Positions 52,489-62,742 of a stretch of DNA of 64,000 bases are shown here, piece after piece. The notes beneath the pieces are model-generated. The model saw only the letters and a list, made by a program, of their open reading frames with translations, ran no database searches and was not told the DNA's origin. The position numbers and the translations under genes were made by a program. The first letter of the stretch is position 1. Each line of letters begins with the position of its first letter. Source of the DNA: an uncultured delta proteobacterium (lineage in GTDB: Bacteria; Desulfobacterota; Binatia; Binatales; Binataceae); assembly GCA_963808235.1 (NCBI GenBank), contig CAWEEQ010000004.1, positions 736,001 to 800,000 on the forward strand, written 5' to 3'.

Positions 52489-55400
52489 CTATGCGTTGAG
52501 TTCGTCGAGGAGCGCCTTGGCGTCCATCAGGTCGGCAGTGTCGAAGCCCTCAGAGAACCAGTTGTAGATGTCGGCGAGCATCGCGCACGCCTCGTCGCGG
52601 CGGTCGGTACTCATCAGTATTCGCGCGAGCGAGGTCGTCGCGCGCAGTTCGAGCGATTTCGCCCCCTGCTGTCGGGCCTTCTTGATCGCGTGCTCGACCG
52701 ACGCTCTCGCCAGAGCCGGATCGGAAGGACTCTGACCCAGGAGCAACTCGCCGCGAAGGCGATTAATTTCCGCTTCCCAGAAACATTCGCCGCTGCGACG
52801 GACCAGGTCCAGGGCGTCGCCGATCGCCTTCAAACCATGCTCGATGCGTCCGGCTCTCAGGCACGAGTCGGCGAGAGTCGCGAGACTGAGCGTGAGCCAC
52901 AACTCCTCTCGGTTGGCCGAAAGTGCATCGGTTTCTTCGCGTATCTGCCTTATTCCCTCCTCCGCTCTTCCAAGCTCGGTTAAGGCCCACCCTTTGACAA
53001 CGCGCGCATGGCGCAGAACGTAGAGGAACCCCACGTCCTCCGCTGCGTTTATCGCGGCCCCGGCGATTTCCAGCGCAAGCTTCGGTTCCAGCATCATGCG
53101 ATGAACCAGTGCCTTCTCGTACAAGGCGAAAGCTGCCGAGATGGCGTCTCCAAGTTCATTCGCAAGTGAAACGGCCCGTTCCGCGCATCGCCGCGCCGCA
53201 TCGGGACGACCGCGCAGCCATGACAGCTGCGCGTCCCATGCATAGCCGCACACGGCCGGATGATGAGCGGTGTAGAGCGGGACGGCAGCCGAACGAAGCT
53301 TCGACTCGAACAGCTTGAGCCCCCGCTCGACATGGCGTTGCGAGGCCTCCAGTTCACCTGCGGAAAGCGCCACCGACCAGTCATGATGGATCGCCTCGAG
53401 AAGGAAAACCGGATCGGGGTGGCGATCGACGAAATCCCAGATCGGCTTCTGCCGTTCGCGGGCTCCCCTCAAGTTGCCGCCGACGTAGAGCAGTCCAAAC
53501 AATCCAACCAGTAGCGCGAACTGCTGCTCGGGTGTGGCTCCTGTCTCAGCAAGCCGCTCGGCGCGAAGATAGGCCCTCTCGGTTTCCGGCGCCGCCCACC
53601 CTTTGGTGGCCATCAGCGCGGGACCAAGGCTGGTTTGGAGCGCGAATTCGCGCCGGTCCCGCTCGGGGCTAGATGGCGTGCGTTCAAGTAATTCCAAAGC
53701 GGCGGTTAGGTTCCGCATCGCCTCGCCGTACGCCAGTCGCCGAACGGCTCGGAGACCTGCGCTTTCGAGATAGTCGAGTGCCTTCGCGGAATTTCCGCTG
53801 CGGCTGTAATGATGGGCCAGTTCGTCGAGGTAGTCGTCGATTGAATTTGCGTAGAGCCTCTCGAGAGCCGCACCGATTCGTCCATGAAGTTGTCTGCGCC
53901 GTTCCATCAGTGCCGAGTTGTACGAGACCTCCAGTGTCAGCGCGTGCTTGAAGGTGTATTCAGAATCGCCGATGGCCGGCTGCTCGTAGATGAACTCGCC
54001 GAGCTGGAGGACATCGAGCAGCCGCCTGGTCTCGTCATCCGGGATCGAGACCACCGCGCGAATCAGCGACAGCGGAAATTCGCGGCCAATCACCGCCAGC
54101 GTCTGTAACAGGTCTTTGGCATCCTGCGGCAGGCGGTCGATGCGCGCGGCGAGAATCGCCTGAACTGTCGGCGGAATCTTCAACGCCGCCAACGACCGCG
54201 TGAGCTTCACCGCCCCGCCGTCACGCACCAGCGCGTTCTCGTCGAACAGGACCTGCACCGTCTCTTCCATGAAGAACGGATTGCCCTCGGTCTTCTCGAC
54301 AATCAGCCGCTTGAGCGGCGCGAGTTCGGTACCGTCGCCGAGCAGCGCGGACAACATCTCCTCGGCAGATTCTTTGCCCAGCGGGTCCAAGCGTAACTGA
54401 ATGTAGTAGGTCTTGCTGTTCCACTGATGCGAGTACTCGGGGCGATAATTGACCAGCAGCAGGATCTTCGCCGTGCCGATGGATTCTGCCAGCAGGTTCA
54501 AAAAGCCTTGCGTCTCCTCGTCGATCCAGTGCAGGTCCTCGAAAATCACCATCAGCGGCTGATTCATCGACTCTCGCAGCAGGATGCGCTTGATCGCGTC
54601 GAGCGTGCGCCGCCTGCGCACCTCCCCGTCCATTTGCGCCAGCGGATCGTCGCCCTCGATAATGCCCAGCAATACGAAAAGGTACGGCAACGTATCTTCA
54701 AGCGAACGATCGAGCGTCAAGACCTTGCCGTTGACTTTCTCGCGCCGCGTGCGCACGTCGTCATCCGAGGTGATGCGGAAGTAGCCGTGTAGCAACTCGA
54801 TTGTGGGCAGATACGCAGACGCTTTCCCGTGAGAGACGGAAAAGGTCTCCAGCACCATCCAGCCCGACTGGTGCTTGGCCTTGAACTCAAAGAACAGGCG
54901 CGATTTGCCGGTGCCGGCCTCGGCCATCGCGGCGACAATCTGTCCGCGTCCAACGCGCGTGAGTTCCGACGCGTTGCGCATCGCCTCCATCTCGCGCTCG
55001 CGCCCGACGAACTTGGTAAGCCCCCGCCCCGCCGAGCGTTGCAGCCGTGTGCGCAACGGCCCGAGCCCGGTCACCTCGTAAACATTGACCGGCTCGGTGA
55101 CTCCTTTTACTTTGGTCGGACCCAGCGGCTTGAGCTGGAAATATCCCTCGACCAGTTTGCTCGTCTGCTCACTGATCGCGATCGAGCCGGTTGGCGCGAC
55201 GGCCTGCATCCGCGACGCCAGGTTGGTGGTGTGCCCAATCGGCGTGTATTCAACGTGGCCGCTGCCGGTTGAGATCGAGCGCACGACGACTTCGCCGGTG
55301 TTCGCGCCGATGCGCGCCTCGATCGGCCTTCCACCCTCGGCCACCAGTTTGGCCGAGTAGCGTTTCAGCTCCTCCTGCATCCGCAGGCCAGCGTACAGAG

Positions 55401-55857
55401 CGCGCTGCGGATGGTCCTCGTGCGCAAGCGGTGCGCCGAACAGCGCGAAAATCCCGTCGCCGGTGGACTGCACGATGTATCCGTCGTAGCGGCGGACGGC
55501 GTCGATCATCAGCTTGAGTGCCGGATCGACGATCGCGCGAGCCTCTTCGGGATCCAAGTCCTGCTCCAACTCCGTCGATCCCTTGATGTCGGCGAACAGC
55601 GCCGTGATCGTCTTGCGCTCGCCCTCCAGATTTTCAGGGGCTGGTGTCTCAGCTACTAGAATCGGTGAGTCATTCGCTTTCTTTGCCGGGGCAGTGCCCG
55701 CGGGCGCTCCGAGCGCCGTGCCGCATTCGCCACAAAAGCGTTTGTCCGCTGGATTATCGGCGCCGCACTTCGGACAAAGATTCGCGAGCGCCGCGCCGCA
55801 ATCACCGCAGAACTTCTTGCCGGCCGGATTTTCAGCTTTGCAATTCGAGCAGCGCAT
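52489..55857 (-). CDS. Double zinc ribbon / class III adenylate-guanylate cyclase / AAA ATPase / TPR-like protein
   Basis: Four CxxC pairs, FADIKGST, TGDG, NLASR, AEAGTGKS, FEDLHWID, GNPFF, ELRA. Confidence 0.93.
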   Translation of the reverse strand: MRCSNCKAENPAGKKFCGDCGAALANLCPKCGADNPADKRFCGECGTALGAPAGTAPAKKANDSPILVAETPAPENLEGERKTITALFADIKGSTELEQDLDPEEARAIVDPALKLMIDAVRRYDGYIVQSTGDGIFALFGAPLAHEDHPQRALYAGLRMQEELKRYSAKLVAEGGRPIEARIGANTGEVVVRSISTGSGHVEYTPIGHTTNLASRMQAVAPTGSIAISEQTSKLVEGYFQLKPLGPTKVKGVTEPVNVYEVTGLGPLRTRLQRSAGRGLTKFVGREREMEAMRNASELTRVGRGQIVAAMAEAGTGKSRLFFEFKAKHQSGWMVLETFSVSHGKASAYLPTIELLHGYFRITSDDDVRTRREKVNGKVLTLDRSLEDTLPYLFVLLGIIEGDDPLAQMDGEVRRRRTLDAIKRILLRESMNQPLMVIFEDLHWIDEETQGFLNLLAESIGTAKILLLVNYRPEYSHQWNSKTYYIQLRLDPLGKESAEEMLSALLGDGTELAPLKRLIVEKTEGNPFFMEETVQVLFDENALVRDGGAVKLTRSLAALKIPPTVQAILAARIDRLPQDAKDLLQTLAVIGREFPLSLIRAVVSIPDDETRRLLDVLQLGEFIYEQPAIGDSEYTFKHALTLEVSYNSALMERRRQLHGRIGAALERLYANSIDDYLDELAHHYSRSGNSAKALDYLESAGLRAVRRLAYGEAMRNLTAALELLERTPSSPERDRREFALQTSLGPALMATKGWAAPETERAYLRAERLAETGATPEQQFALLVGLFGLLYVGGNLRGARERQKPIWDFVDRHPDPVFLLEAIHHDWSVALSAGELEASQRHVERGLKLFESKLRSAAVPLYTAHHPAVCGYAWDAQLSWLRGRPDAARRCAERAVSLANELGDAISAAFALYEKALVHRMMLEPKLALEIAGAAINAAEDVGFLYVLRHARVVKGWALTELGRAEEGIRQIREETDALSANREELWLTLSLATLADSCLRAGRIEHGLKAIGDALDLVRRSGECFWEAEINRLRGELLLGQSPSDPALARASVEHAIKKARQQGAKSLELRATTSLARILMSTDRRDEACAMLADIYNWFSEGFDTADLMDAKALLDELNA

Positions 55858-55958
55858 CGGCTTTGTCAGAAAAGATGAGCGACTTGCCTCGTATATCACC
55901 GAGCGCGTTGAGGGACTAGCCGACAACGCGAGAACGATCGCAATACGTCGCCTGCTAT

Positions 55959-56012
55959 GTCCGGATCGAGCGCATGCTGATGGAACAGCTCAACTACAAC
56001 TTCGTTTGCCGT
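55959..56012 (+). mobile_element. Degenerate IS5-family (DUF772) transposase fragment
   Basis: Translates as VRIERMLMEQLNYNFVCR, resembling the conserved IRSERxLMEQLxYNLLFRWF segment. Confidence 0.55.
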
Positions 56013-56118
56013 CTTCGCGGGTGAGGGCGCTCACATCGAGCACAGCTACGCGCTCGTGCTGGAACTTTGCTAGCATCGCGAACGCGACCCGGAGCGAAAG
56101 GGAAAGGAAAAGACAGCC

Positions 56119-56892
56119 ATGGTTAAGATCGTGTACGTACTGGCGCGGCGCGCCGATGTGCCTGCCGAAAAGTTTTACGACTATTGGCTCAATTCGCACG
56201 GGCCGCGAGTGCGCGGTCATGCAAAAGCGATCCACGCGCGCAAGTACATCCAGAGCCACCTGATCGACACTCCTCTTAACCGCGAATTTCAGGAACCGCG
56301 CGGAATGCTGGACCCGATGGCTGGCATCACCGAAGTCTGGTGGGACTCTGTTGCCGACTTCGAGCGCCGTGACAATGATCCGACGCGCGCCGCGGCAACC
56401 CGCGACCTGGCGGAAGACGAGGCCAAGTTCATCGACATCGCGCGCTCGCAAGTGTTTCTGACCGAGGAGCATACGATCTTTGACTACACCGCCGGCGCCA
56501 AGCTCGGCCGCGATGCGATCAAAGTCACCTATCTGCTCAGCAAGCGCGATTCGTTGTCGGTCGCGGATTGCCACAAGACCTGGCTGAGGGATCATGGGCC
56601 GCTGGTAACCAGCTTCGCGAAAGATGTTCGCGCGGCGAAGTATATCCAGAGCCACACCATCGCACCGGAGTTCAACGCAGCGGTTGTGAAGAGCCGCGGC
56701 TTTGCCAAGCCGCTCGACGGAATCACCGAGGTATGGTGGAAATCGATCGATGACCTGACCGCTGGTTCCGCTACACCGGCAGCGGCGCAAGCGTATGCGA
56801 AGCTCATCGAGGACGAACGCCGCTTCGTCGAGATGTCGCGCTCGCGATGCTTCCTGACCAAAGAGCACGTCATCTTCGATTACACGAGTTAG
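56119..56892 (+). CDS. Tandem EthD-domain protein
   Basis: Two repeats of WL..HGP...YIQSH...GITEVWW...EDE..F. Confidence 0.88.
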   Translation: MVKIVYVLARRADVPAEKFYDYWLNSHGPRVRGHAKAIHARKYIQSHLIDTPLNREFQEPRGMLDPMAGITEVWWDSVADFERRDNDPTRAAATRDLAEDEAKFIDIARSQVFLTEEHTIFDYTAGAKLGRDAIKVTYLLSKRDSLSVADCHKTWLRDHGPLVTSFAKDVRAAKYIQSHTIAPEFNAAVVKSRGFAKPLDGITEVWWKSIDDLTAGSATPAAAQAYAKLIEDERRFVEMSRSRCFLTKEHVIFDYTS

Positions 56893-56926
56893 GTCTCGAG
56901 CCGCACGCGCGCGCAGAGAGGTGAAT

Positions 56927-58090
56927 ATGAAAGTTTCGCTCTTCTACCTGCCTTCGGTCGGCAGCAAGGCCGACATCGAAAAAGGCCAAGCCGGATTGCG
57001 GGGTCATCTCTACGATCAAATGCTCCACGACATCACCGGCCAGGCCAAGCTCGCCGACGATCTCGGCTACGACTCGATCAGCTTCACCGAGCATCACTTT
57101 CACGTCGAGGGTTTCGAGCTGTCGAACAACCCCGTCCTGCTCGACTTGTACATCGCGATGCAAACCAAGCGGCTGCGCGTCGGCCAGCTCGGCATCGTGC
57201 TGCCGTCGCAGAATCCGCTACGCGTCGCCGAGGATATCGCGATGCTCGATCATATGTCCGGTGGTCGCGCCAACGCCGGCTTCGCGCGCGGCTATCAGCG
57301 CCGATGGGTCGACATCATGGCCCAGCAGACGCATGGGATTCACGGCGCGCTGCCGCATCAGCACGACGAGATCGACAACGCAAATCGCGCCGCCTTCGAA
57401 GAAAACTTCCGCATCATCAAAAAGGCGTGGACCGAAGACTTCCTTTCATACGATGGCAAGTACTGGAGCGTACCGCCCGGCGAGACGCCGTGGACTCTCG
57501 ACGCGACCGCGAAGTGGGGCGGCGGCATAGACAACGGCATCGTACGCATGGTCTCGGTGGTGCCGAAGCCGGTGCAGAAACCGCATCCGCCGATATTCCA
57601 GCCGTTCGCGTCGTCCGAGCGCAGCATCAGATGGTGCGCGCAGGAGGGCGTCACCGCGATCCTGCCGCCGCTCCATCCGTCGCTCGAGCATCAGCTCTGC
57701 GAGGTTTATGGCGAGGTCTCGCACAAGCCGCTCGGCGAAGGGATGGGCGTGTTGCGCGACATCGTGATCGCCGACAGCGACGATGAAGCGCGCGCAATCT
57801 GGCGCGAGAGCGGCTACTTCTGCGGCCACGAATGGTTCGAGCCGTTCGGATTTTCCAAGGGCCTCGACGATCCAAAAACCGGCGAACCGGCCGACCTTTG
57901 GACCAACGGCCTCGCGTTCGTCGGAACCGTCGACACGGTGACGCGCCAGGTCGAGCATCTGCTCAAACGCCTGCCGATTAGATGGATCTTCGCGTGGATG
58001 TACAATGGCCTGATGCCGCACGATCGCTTGATGAAAACGATCGAACTCTTCTGGACCAAAGTGCTGCCCCGCGTTTCGGATCTGCGCTAA
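56927..58090 (+). CDS. LLM-class (luciferase-like) flavin-dependent oxidoreductase
   Basis: FTEHHF, NPLRVAEDIAMLDHMSGGR, PKPVQKPHPP. Confidence 0.93.
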   Translation: MKVSLFYLPSVGSKADIEKGQAGLRGHLYDQMLHDITGQAKLADDLGYDSISFTEHHFHVEGFELSNNPVLLDLYIAMQTKRLRVGQLGIVLPSQNPLRVAEDIAMLDHMSGGRANAGFARGYQRRWVDIMAQQTHGIHGALPHQHDEIDNANRAAFEENFRIIKKAWTEDFLSYDGKYWSVPPGETPWTLDATAKWGGGIDNGIVRMVSVVPKPVQKPHPPIFQPFASSERSIRWCAQEGVTAILPPLHPSLEHQLCEVYGEVSHKPLGEGMGVLRDIVIADSDDEARAIWRESGYFCGHEWFEPFGFSKGLDDPKTGEPADLWTNGLAFVGTVDTVTRQVEHLLKRLPIRWIFAWMYNGLMPHDRLMKTIELFWTKVLPRVSDLR

Positions 58091-58114
58091 CTGCGCATCA
58101 TCTCTGACTCCGAA

Positions 58115-60169
58115 GTGCCGATACTCGCCTCACACACGGTTCTCGAAGACCTCGCAATGGTGCTATGCGTCGCCGCAATCACCACCGTTATCTTTCAGAA
58201 AATCCGCCAACCGGTCGTCGTCGGTTACTTGCTCGCGGGAGTAATCGTCGGTCCTTATGTCACGATTTTTCCGCTGCTCGCCGATTCCGAGCGCATCCAC
58301 ACCCTCTCCGAACTCGGCGTGATCCTCTTGATGTTTGCGCTGGGGCTGGAGTTCCGGCTGAGCCGGCTGATCCGCCTAGGCCCGACCTCCGGCTTCATCA
58401 CCGCGCTTCAAGTCGGCTTCATGATCTGGCTGGGCTACATATGCGGCCGCGCACTCGGATGGACTCCGCTCGAGTCCATTTTCACCGGCGCGATACTTTC
58501 CATCTCGAGCACCACGATCGTTGCCAAGGCCTATGAGGAGACGCCGGTCGCCCCGACTTTGCGCGAACTCGCGTTTGGCATCCTGCTCGCTGAGGATCTG
58601 ACCGCGGTCGTCGAACTCGCCGTGCTGACCACGCTCGCATCGGGCGCCGGCGTGTCGGCGCCGATGATGACTGTCACGATCGGCCGCCTCATCTTGTTTC
58701 TCGTCGCGTTCGTAGGAATCGGATTTATCGTCGTGCCGCCGCTCGTGAGGATAGTGGTGAGCCTCGACCGGCCCGAGACCACCCTGGTCGCGAGCGTCGG
58801 TATCTGTTTCGCGTTCGCGCTCATCGCGGAGCACTCAGGTTACTCGGTCGCACTCGGCGCGTTTCTGGCCGGCTCGCTGGTCGCGGAGTCGGGTAAGGCC
58901 GATCAGATCGAACGCCTTGTCGCGCCGGTCCGCGATATCTTCGGCGCGGTATTCTTCGTCTCGGTCGGCATGATGATCGATCCTCAGCTAATCGCGCAGC
59001 ATTGGATCGCGCTGATCGTGCTGACCGTGGCTGTGATCGCCGGGAAATTCATCGGCGTCACCTTCGCGTCGATTTTGAGCGGCGTCGGCACCAGGACGTC
59101 GATCCAGGCGGGCATGAGTCTCGCGCAAATCGGCGAGTTCTCGTTCATCATAGCGGGCGCCGGAATGAAAACCGGCGCGACCCGCGATTTTCTTTATTCG
59201 ATTGCCGTTGCCGTCTCTGTAATCACAACATTCCTGACTCCATATCTGATTCGATCGTCCGGGCCATGCGCTGACTTCGTATCCCGCCATCTGCCACGTC
59301 CGCTCAAGGTACTCGAATCGCTCTACGACTCGTGGTTCGAGCGAATTCGTCAAGCCGCGGCGCCAACTGAAGACAGCCGTTCGATCGGATGGCCCATCGC
59401 GACCATCGTGTCCAGCGCGAGTCTAATCGGCGCGATTCTCATCATCAACGAACGCGACCCCTTCGACGTGACGACGATCGTCGCTAAGCTGGAGCGCCTA
59501 CCGTATTTTTCCGCCGGCCTGTTCGTGGACGCATTCGCGTTGCTGCTGTGCGTGGGGCCTGCGGCCGGTCTTTATTTCGGCGCGCATCGTCTTGCGACCG
59601 CGCTTGCATCACGAGCGTTTCCGGATTTGACCACAGAAGAAATCAGCGCGGGAAAAGCGATGATCGAATTGCTGCACGTAACCATCCTGCTGGTCGCCGC
59701 GGTGCCGCTCCTGGCGGTAGTTCAGCCCTTCATGGCGCCGGTGGAAGGAATCGCAGTTATGGTCATCTCGATCCTGCTGATGATCATAGTAGTTGCTCGA
59801 AATGTTGGCCGGATACAAAACCAGATGCGCGACGCGGTGCATTTTATCGCCAATACGATGCGCGGCTCGCGTGCCGAAGGCCGCTCGTACGAAGTTCCCG
59901 GCATCGGGACGCTGACCCCGGTCAGCGTGCAGGCAGGCAGCAGCGGAATCGGAAAACGCCTCTCCGAAATCGATCTGCACACGCAGAGTGGCGCCGTGGT
60001 AGTAGCAATAGGACGCGGCGGCTCGGACGTGATAATTCCCACCGGCGACGAAGTCCTCCGCCCCGGCGACATCCTCGAACTAGCGGGCTCAACCGACGCA
60101 GTAGCAACCGCAATCCGCCTCCTGAACCTTCCGCGACCAACTTCGGCCACCGCCGAAGCCTCGCTCTAA
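58115..60169 (+). CDS. CPA2 cation:proton antiporter with C-terminal RCK_C (TrkA-C) domain
   Basis: GYLLAG, ELGVILLMFALGLEF, SISSTTIVAK, AED, LGAFLAG, AQIGEFSFI, GAVVVAIGR. Confidence 0.92.
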   Translation: MPILASHTVLEDLAMVLCVAAITTVIFQKIRQPVVVGYLLAGVIVGPYVTIFPLLADSERIHTLSELGVILLMFALGLEFRLSRLIRLGPTSGFITALQVGFMIWLGYICGRALGWTPLESIFTGAILSISSTTIVAKAYEETPVAPTLRELAFGILLAEDLTAVVELAVLTTLASGAGVSAPMMTVTIGRLILFLVAFVGIGFIVVPPLVRIVVSLDRPETTLVASVGICFAFALIAEHSGYSVALGAFLAGSLVAESGKADQIERLVAPVRDIFGAVFFVSVGMMIDPQLIAQHWIALIVLTVAVIAGKFIGVTFASILSGVGTRTSIQAGMSLAQIGEFSFIIAGAGMKTGATRDFLYSIAVAVSVITTFLTPYLIRSSGPCADFVSRHLPRPLKVLESLYDSWFERIRQAAAPTEDSRSIGWPIATIVSSASLIGAILIINERDPFDVTTIVAKLERLPYFSAGLFVDAFALLLCVGPAAGLYFGAHRLATALASRAFPDLTTEEISAGKAMIELLHVTILLVAAVPLLAVVQPFMAPVEGIAVMVISILLMIIVVARNVGRIQNQMRDAVHFIANTMRGSRAEGRSYEVPGIGTLTPVSVQAGSSGIGKRLSEIDLHTQSGAVVVAIGRGGSDVIIPTGDEVLRPGDILELAGSTDAVATAIRLLNLPRPTSATAEASL

Positions 60170-60175
60170 TATTTG

Positions 60176-60214
60176 TTCCCCTTCCCAGATGGGAAGCGGC
60201 TATGGGGTTAGGTC
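60176..60214 (-). repeat. Solo palindromic repeat related to the DUF559-flanking repeats
   Basis: Minus strand reads GACCTAACCCCATAGCCGCTTCCCATCTGGGAAGGGGAA versus GTCCCTCACCTTCGATCCTCTCCCATTGGGAGAGGGGAA. Confidence 0.6.
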
Positions 60215-60273
60215 GCTCGGTTGCATCATCGGATCTTCGGTCGTAACGTCTCGATAATTTCTGCGAGGTTGAT

Positions 60274-61041
60274 ATGAATCTGAAAAACGCAATTGCGATA
60301 GTCACCGGCGGAGGCTCAGGACTCGGCGAGGCCACAATCCGCGAGTTCGCTTCCGCCGGCGCGAAAGTCGCGATTCTCGATCTACCGTCGTCACCCGGCG
60401 CCAAAGTCGCCGAATCGCTCGGTGACAACGCGCTATTCGTGGTCGCCGACGTCGCCTCCGCCGATCAGGCCGCCGACGCCGTTGCAAAGACAGTTGCGAA
60501 GTTCGGCGCGGTTCATATCGCCGTGAACTGCGCCGGCATCGGCCGCGCGATGCGCACGATTACCAAGGACGGTCCGCACTCGCTCGATTTGTTTAGCAAA
60601 GTGATCGCGGTGAATCTCATCGGCACGTTCAACGTCACGCGCCTGGCCGCGGCGGCGATGGCGAAGAATCAGCCGAGTGCCGACGGCGAGCGCGGCGTGA
60701 TCATCAATACCGCTTCGGTCGCGGCCTACGATGGACAGATCGGGCAGGCCGCATACTCCGCATCGAAGGGCGGCGTAGTCGCGATGACGCTGCCGATCGC
60801 GCGCGACCTCGCATCACTGGGGATCCGCGTCTGCACGATCGCGCCGGGAACTTTCGAAACCCCGATGCTCGCGGGACTCCCCGATCCAGCGCGCAAAGCC
60901 CTCGCTGCGCAAATCCCATTCCCGCAGCGCCTCGGCAAACCAACCGAGTACGCCGCCTTGGCGCGTCACATAGTAGAAAACGAAATGTTGAACGGTGAAA
61001 CAATCCGCCTCGACGGCGCGCTGCGCATGCCTCCGCGCTGA
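60274..61041 (+). CDS. SDR 3-hydroxyacyl-CoA dehydrogenase (HSD17B10-like)
   Basis: [49 protein letters not shown]. Confidence 0.94.
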   Translation: MNLKNAIAIVTGGGSGLGEATIREFASAGAKVAILDLPSSPGAKVAESLGDNALFVVADVASADQAADAVAKTVAKFGAVHIAVNCAGIGRAMRTITKDGPHSLDLFSKVIAVNLIGTFNVTRLAAAAMAKNQPSADGERGVIINTASVAAYDGQIGQAAYSASKGGVVAMTLPIARDLASLGIRVCTIAPGTFETPMLAGLPDPARKALAAQIPFPQRLGKPTEYAALARHIVENEMLNGETIRLDGALRMPPR

Positions 61042-61062
61042 ATCCTGAAGAGGTGATAGAAG

Positions 61063-61950
61063 ATGATCATCGCGCAAATCACGGACCTTCACGTGGTAGC
61101 GAAAGGTCGCCTGTGTTACCGCAGAGTGCCGACCAACACACAGCTCGCGCAGTCCGTCGCGCACATCAACGGTCTTGATCCCAAGCCGACCGCGGTCATC
61201 GCTTCGGGCGATCTGACCGATCACGGGCGCCCGGAAGAATACGATTTGCTGCGTGAGATCCTGTCAGAGTTGATTCCTCCCGTGTTCGTGATTCCGGGAA
61301 ATCACGACCGGCGCGAGGTCCTCTTGAAGGCATTTGCCGCCGAGGAGTACATGCCGACGCCTGATTCGCCGTTCGTGAACTATGCGATCGATAAGTATCC
61401 CGTCCGGCTGGTTGGACTCGATACCTCCGTGCCGGGACACCATCATGGGATGATGTGCGAAGAACGGCTGCGATGGCTCGACGCTACGCTTGGCGCGCGG
61501 CCCGATTCTCCGACGCTGATTTTCATGCATCACCCGCCGTTTCGCTCCGGGGTGCAATGGATGGATGCGTCGGGCCTGCATGGTGGCCGGATGATGGAGG
61601 ACATTGTGCGGCGGCATCGACAGGTCGTGCGAGTCGCGTGCGGTCATATACATCGGCCAATCCACGTGGCGTGGGGTGGCACGATTGCGTCCACGTCACC
61701 GAGCACTTGTCATCAGGTTTCGCTCGACTTGGCCGGGCGAGACGGATTCGAATTCACGATGGAGCCGCGAGCGGTGCAGCTTCATGTATGGGACGAGAAT
61801 TACGGATTGGTTTCGCATCTCAGCTACGTTCCTGCCGGCTACGAGGAAGTAGCGATGCTCAGTGGTCTGACCGATGAGGCCCGCGTGAAACTGCTCGCGC
61901 AGAACCGGCGAGACTATCAGGAGCTCTGCAAGAGCGAGTACGACAGATGA
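61063..61950 (+). CDS. Calcineurin-like phosphodiesterase (Icc/CpdA/GpdQ-like)
   Basis: DLH, GDLTD, PGNHD, HHPP, GHIH. Confidence 0.92.
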   Translation: MIIAQITDLHVVAKGRLCYRRVPTNTQLAQSVAHINGLDPKPTAVIASGDLTDHGRPEEYDLLREILSELIPPVFVIPGNHDRREVLLKAFAAEEYMPTPDSPFVNYAIDKYPVRLVGLDTSVPGHHHGMMCEERLRWLDATLGARPDSPTLIFMHHPPFRSGVQWMDASGLHGGRMMEDIVRRHRQVVRVACGHIHRPIHVAWGGTIASTSPSTCHQVSLDLAGRDGFEFTMEPRAVQLHVWDENYGLVSHLSYVPAGYEEVAMLSGLTDEARVKLLAQNRRDYQELCKSEYDR

Positions 61951-62736
61951 TCAAATCGTCGAGGCGTTTCGCGCGACGCGCGTTGCCAGGATGAACGTGA
62001 ACGCCGCGAAGGCGATCGCGATACACACTGACGACGCCATCGGCATCGTGGCGCCGCTGGCGGCGGGCTCGGCGAGGTAGAGTGCGTGGCGGAGCGCCTC
62101 GGTCCCATAGGTCACGGGATTCAGGCGCGTGGTCCATTGAAACCACATTGGCGCGCCGGCGACCGGGAAGACCGCCCCCGACAGCATCCAGATCGGAAGC
62201 AGCAGCATATTCATGAACCCATGGAAGCCCTGGGTAGTGTCGATTCGCCACGCCATCATCAGTCCGATGCTGGTCATCGCGAACGCGACAATCGCCATCA
62301 TCGCGATCGACACCACGAAAGCTTCGAGACTCAAGTGGATTCCCGCCAGCGGCGCCAGCGCGAGGAAGATAACTCCCTGCATCAGCGCCAGCGTGGTGCC
62401 GCCGAGCGCCTGTCCGAGCACGATTGTTGAGCGTGAGATCGGCGCGACCAGCACTCCTTGAAGGAAGCCTTCGCGGCGATCGTCGACGGTCGAGGCGGTC
62501 GCGAAGATCGCCGTGAAGAGGAGCATCAGCACGATCACGCCGGGGTAGAAGTATTGCACGTAGTTGCTGCCCGCCGGCATCCCGCTCGGCTTGAATGACG
62601 CTTGCAGGCCGGTGCCGAGCAGCAGCCAGAAAACCAGCGGAGTCAGGATCGCGCTCATCACGCGGATCGGCTGGCGGATGAAGCGCACGATCTCCCGCTC
62701 CCAGAGCGTCTCGGCCTGAAGAAAAATTTCGCGCAT
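61951..62736 (-). CDS. ABC-2 type exporter permease
   Basis: REIVRF, PGVI, DRREGFLQGVLVAP, LSGAVFP, NPVTY. Confidence 0.92.
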   Translation of the reverse strand: MREIFLQAETLWEREIVRFIRQPIRVMSAILTPLVFWLLLGTGLQASFKPSGMPAGSNYVQYFYPGVIVLMLLFTAIFATASTVDDRREGFLQGVLVAPISRSTIVLGQALGGTTLALMQGVIFLALAPLAGIHLSLEAFVVSIAMMAIVAFAMTSIGLMMAWRIDTTQGFHGFMNMLLLPIWMLSGAVFPVAGAPMWFQWTTRLNPVTYGTEALRHALYLAEPAASGATMPMASSVCIAIAFAAFTFILATRVARNASTI

Positions 62737-62742
62737 CACTTT

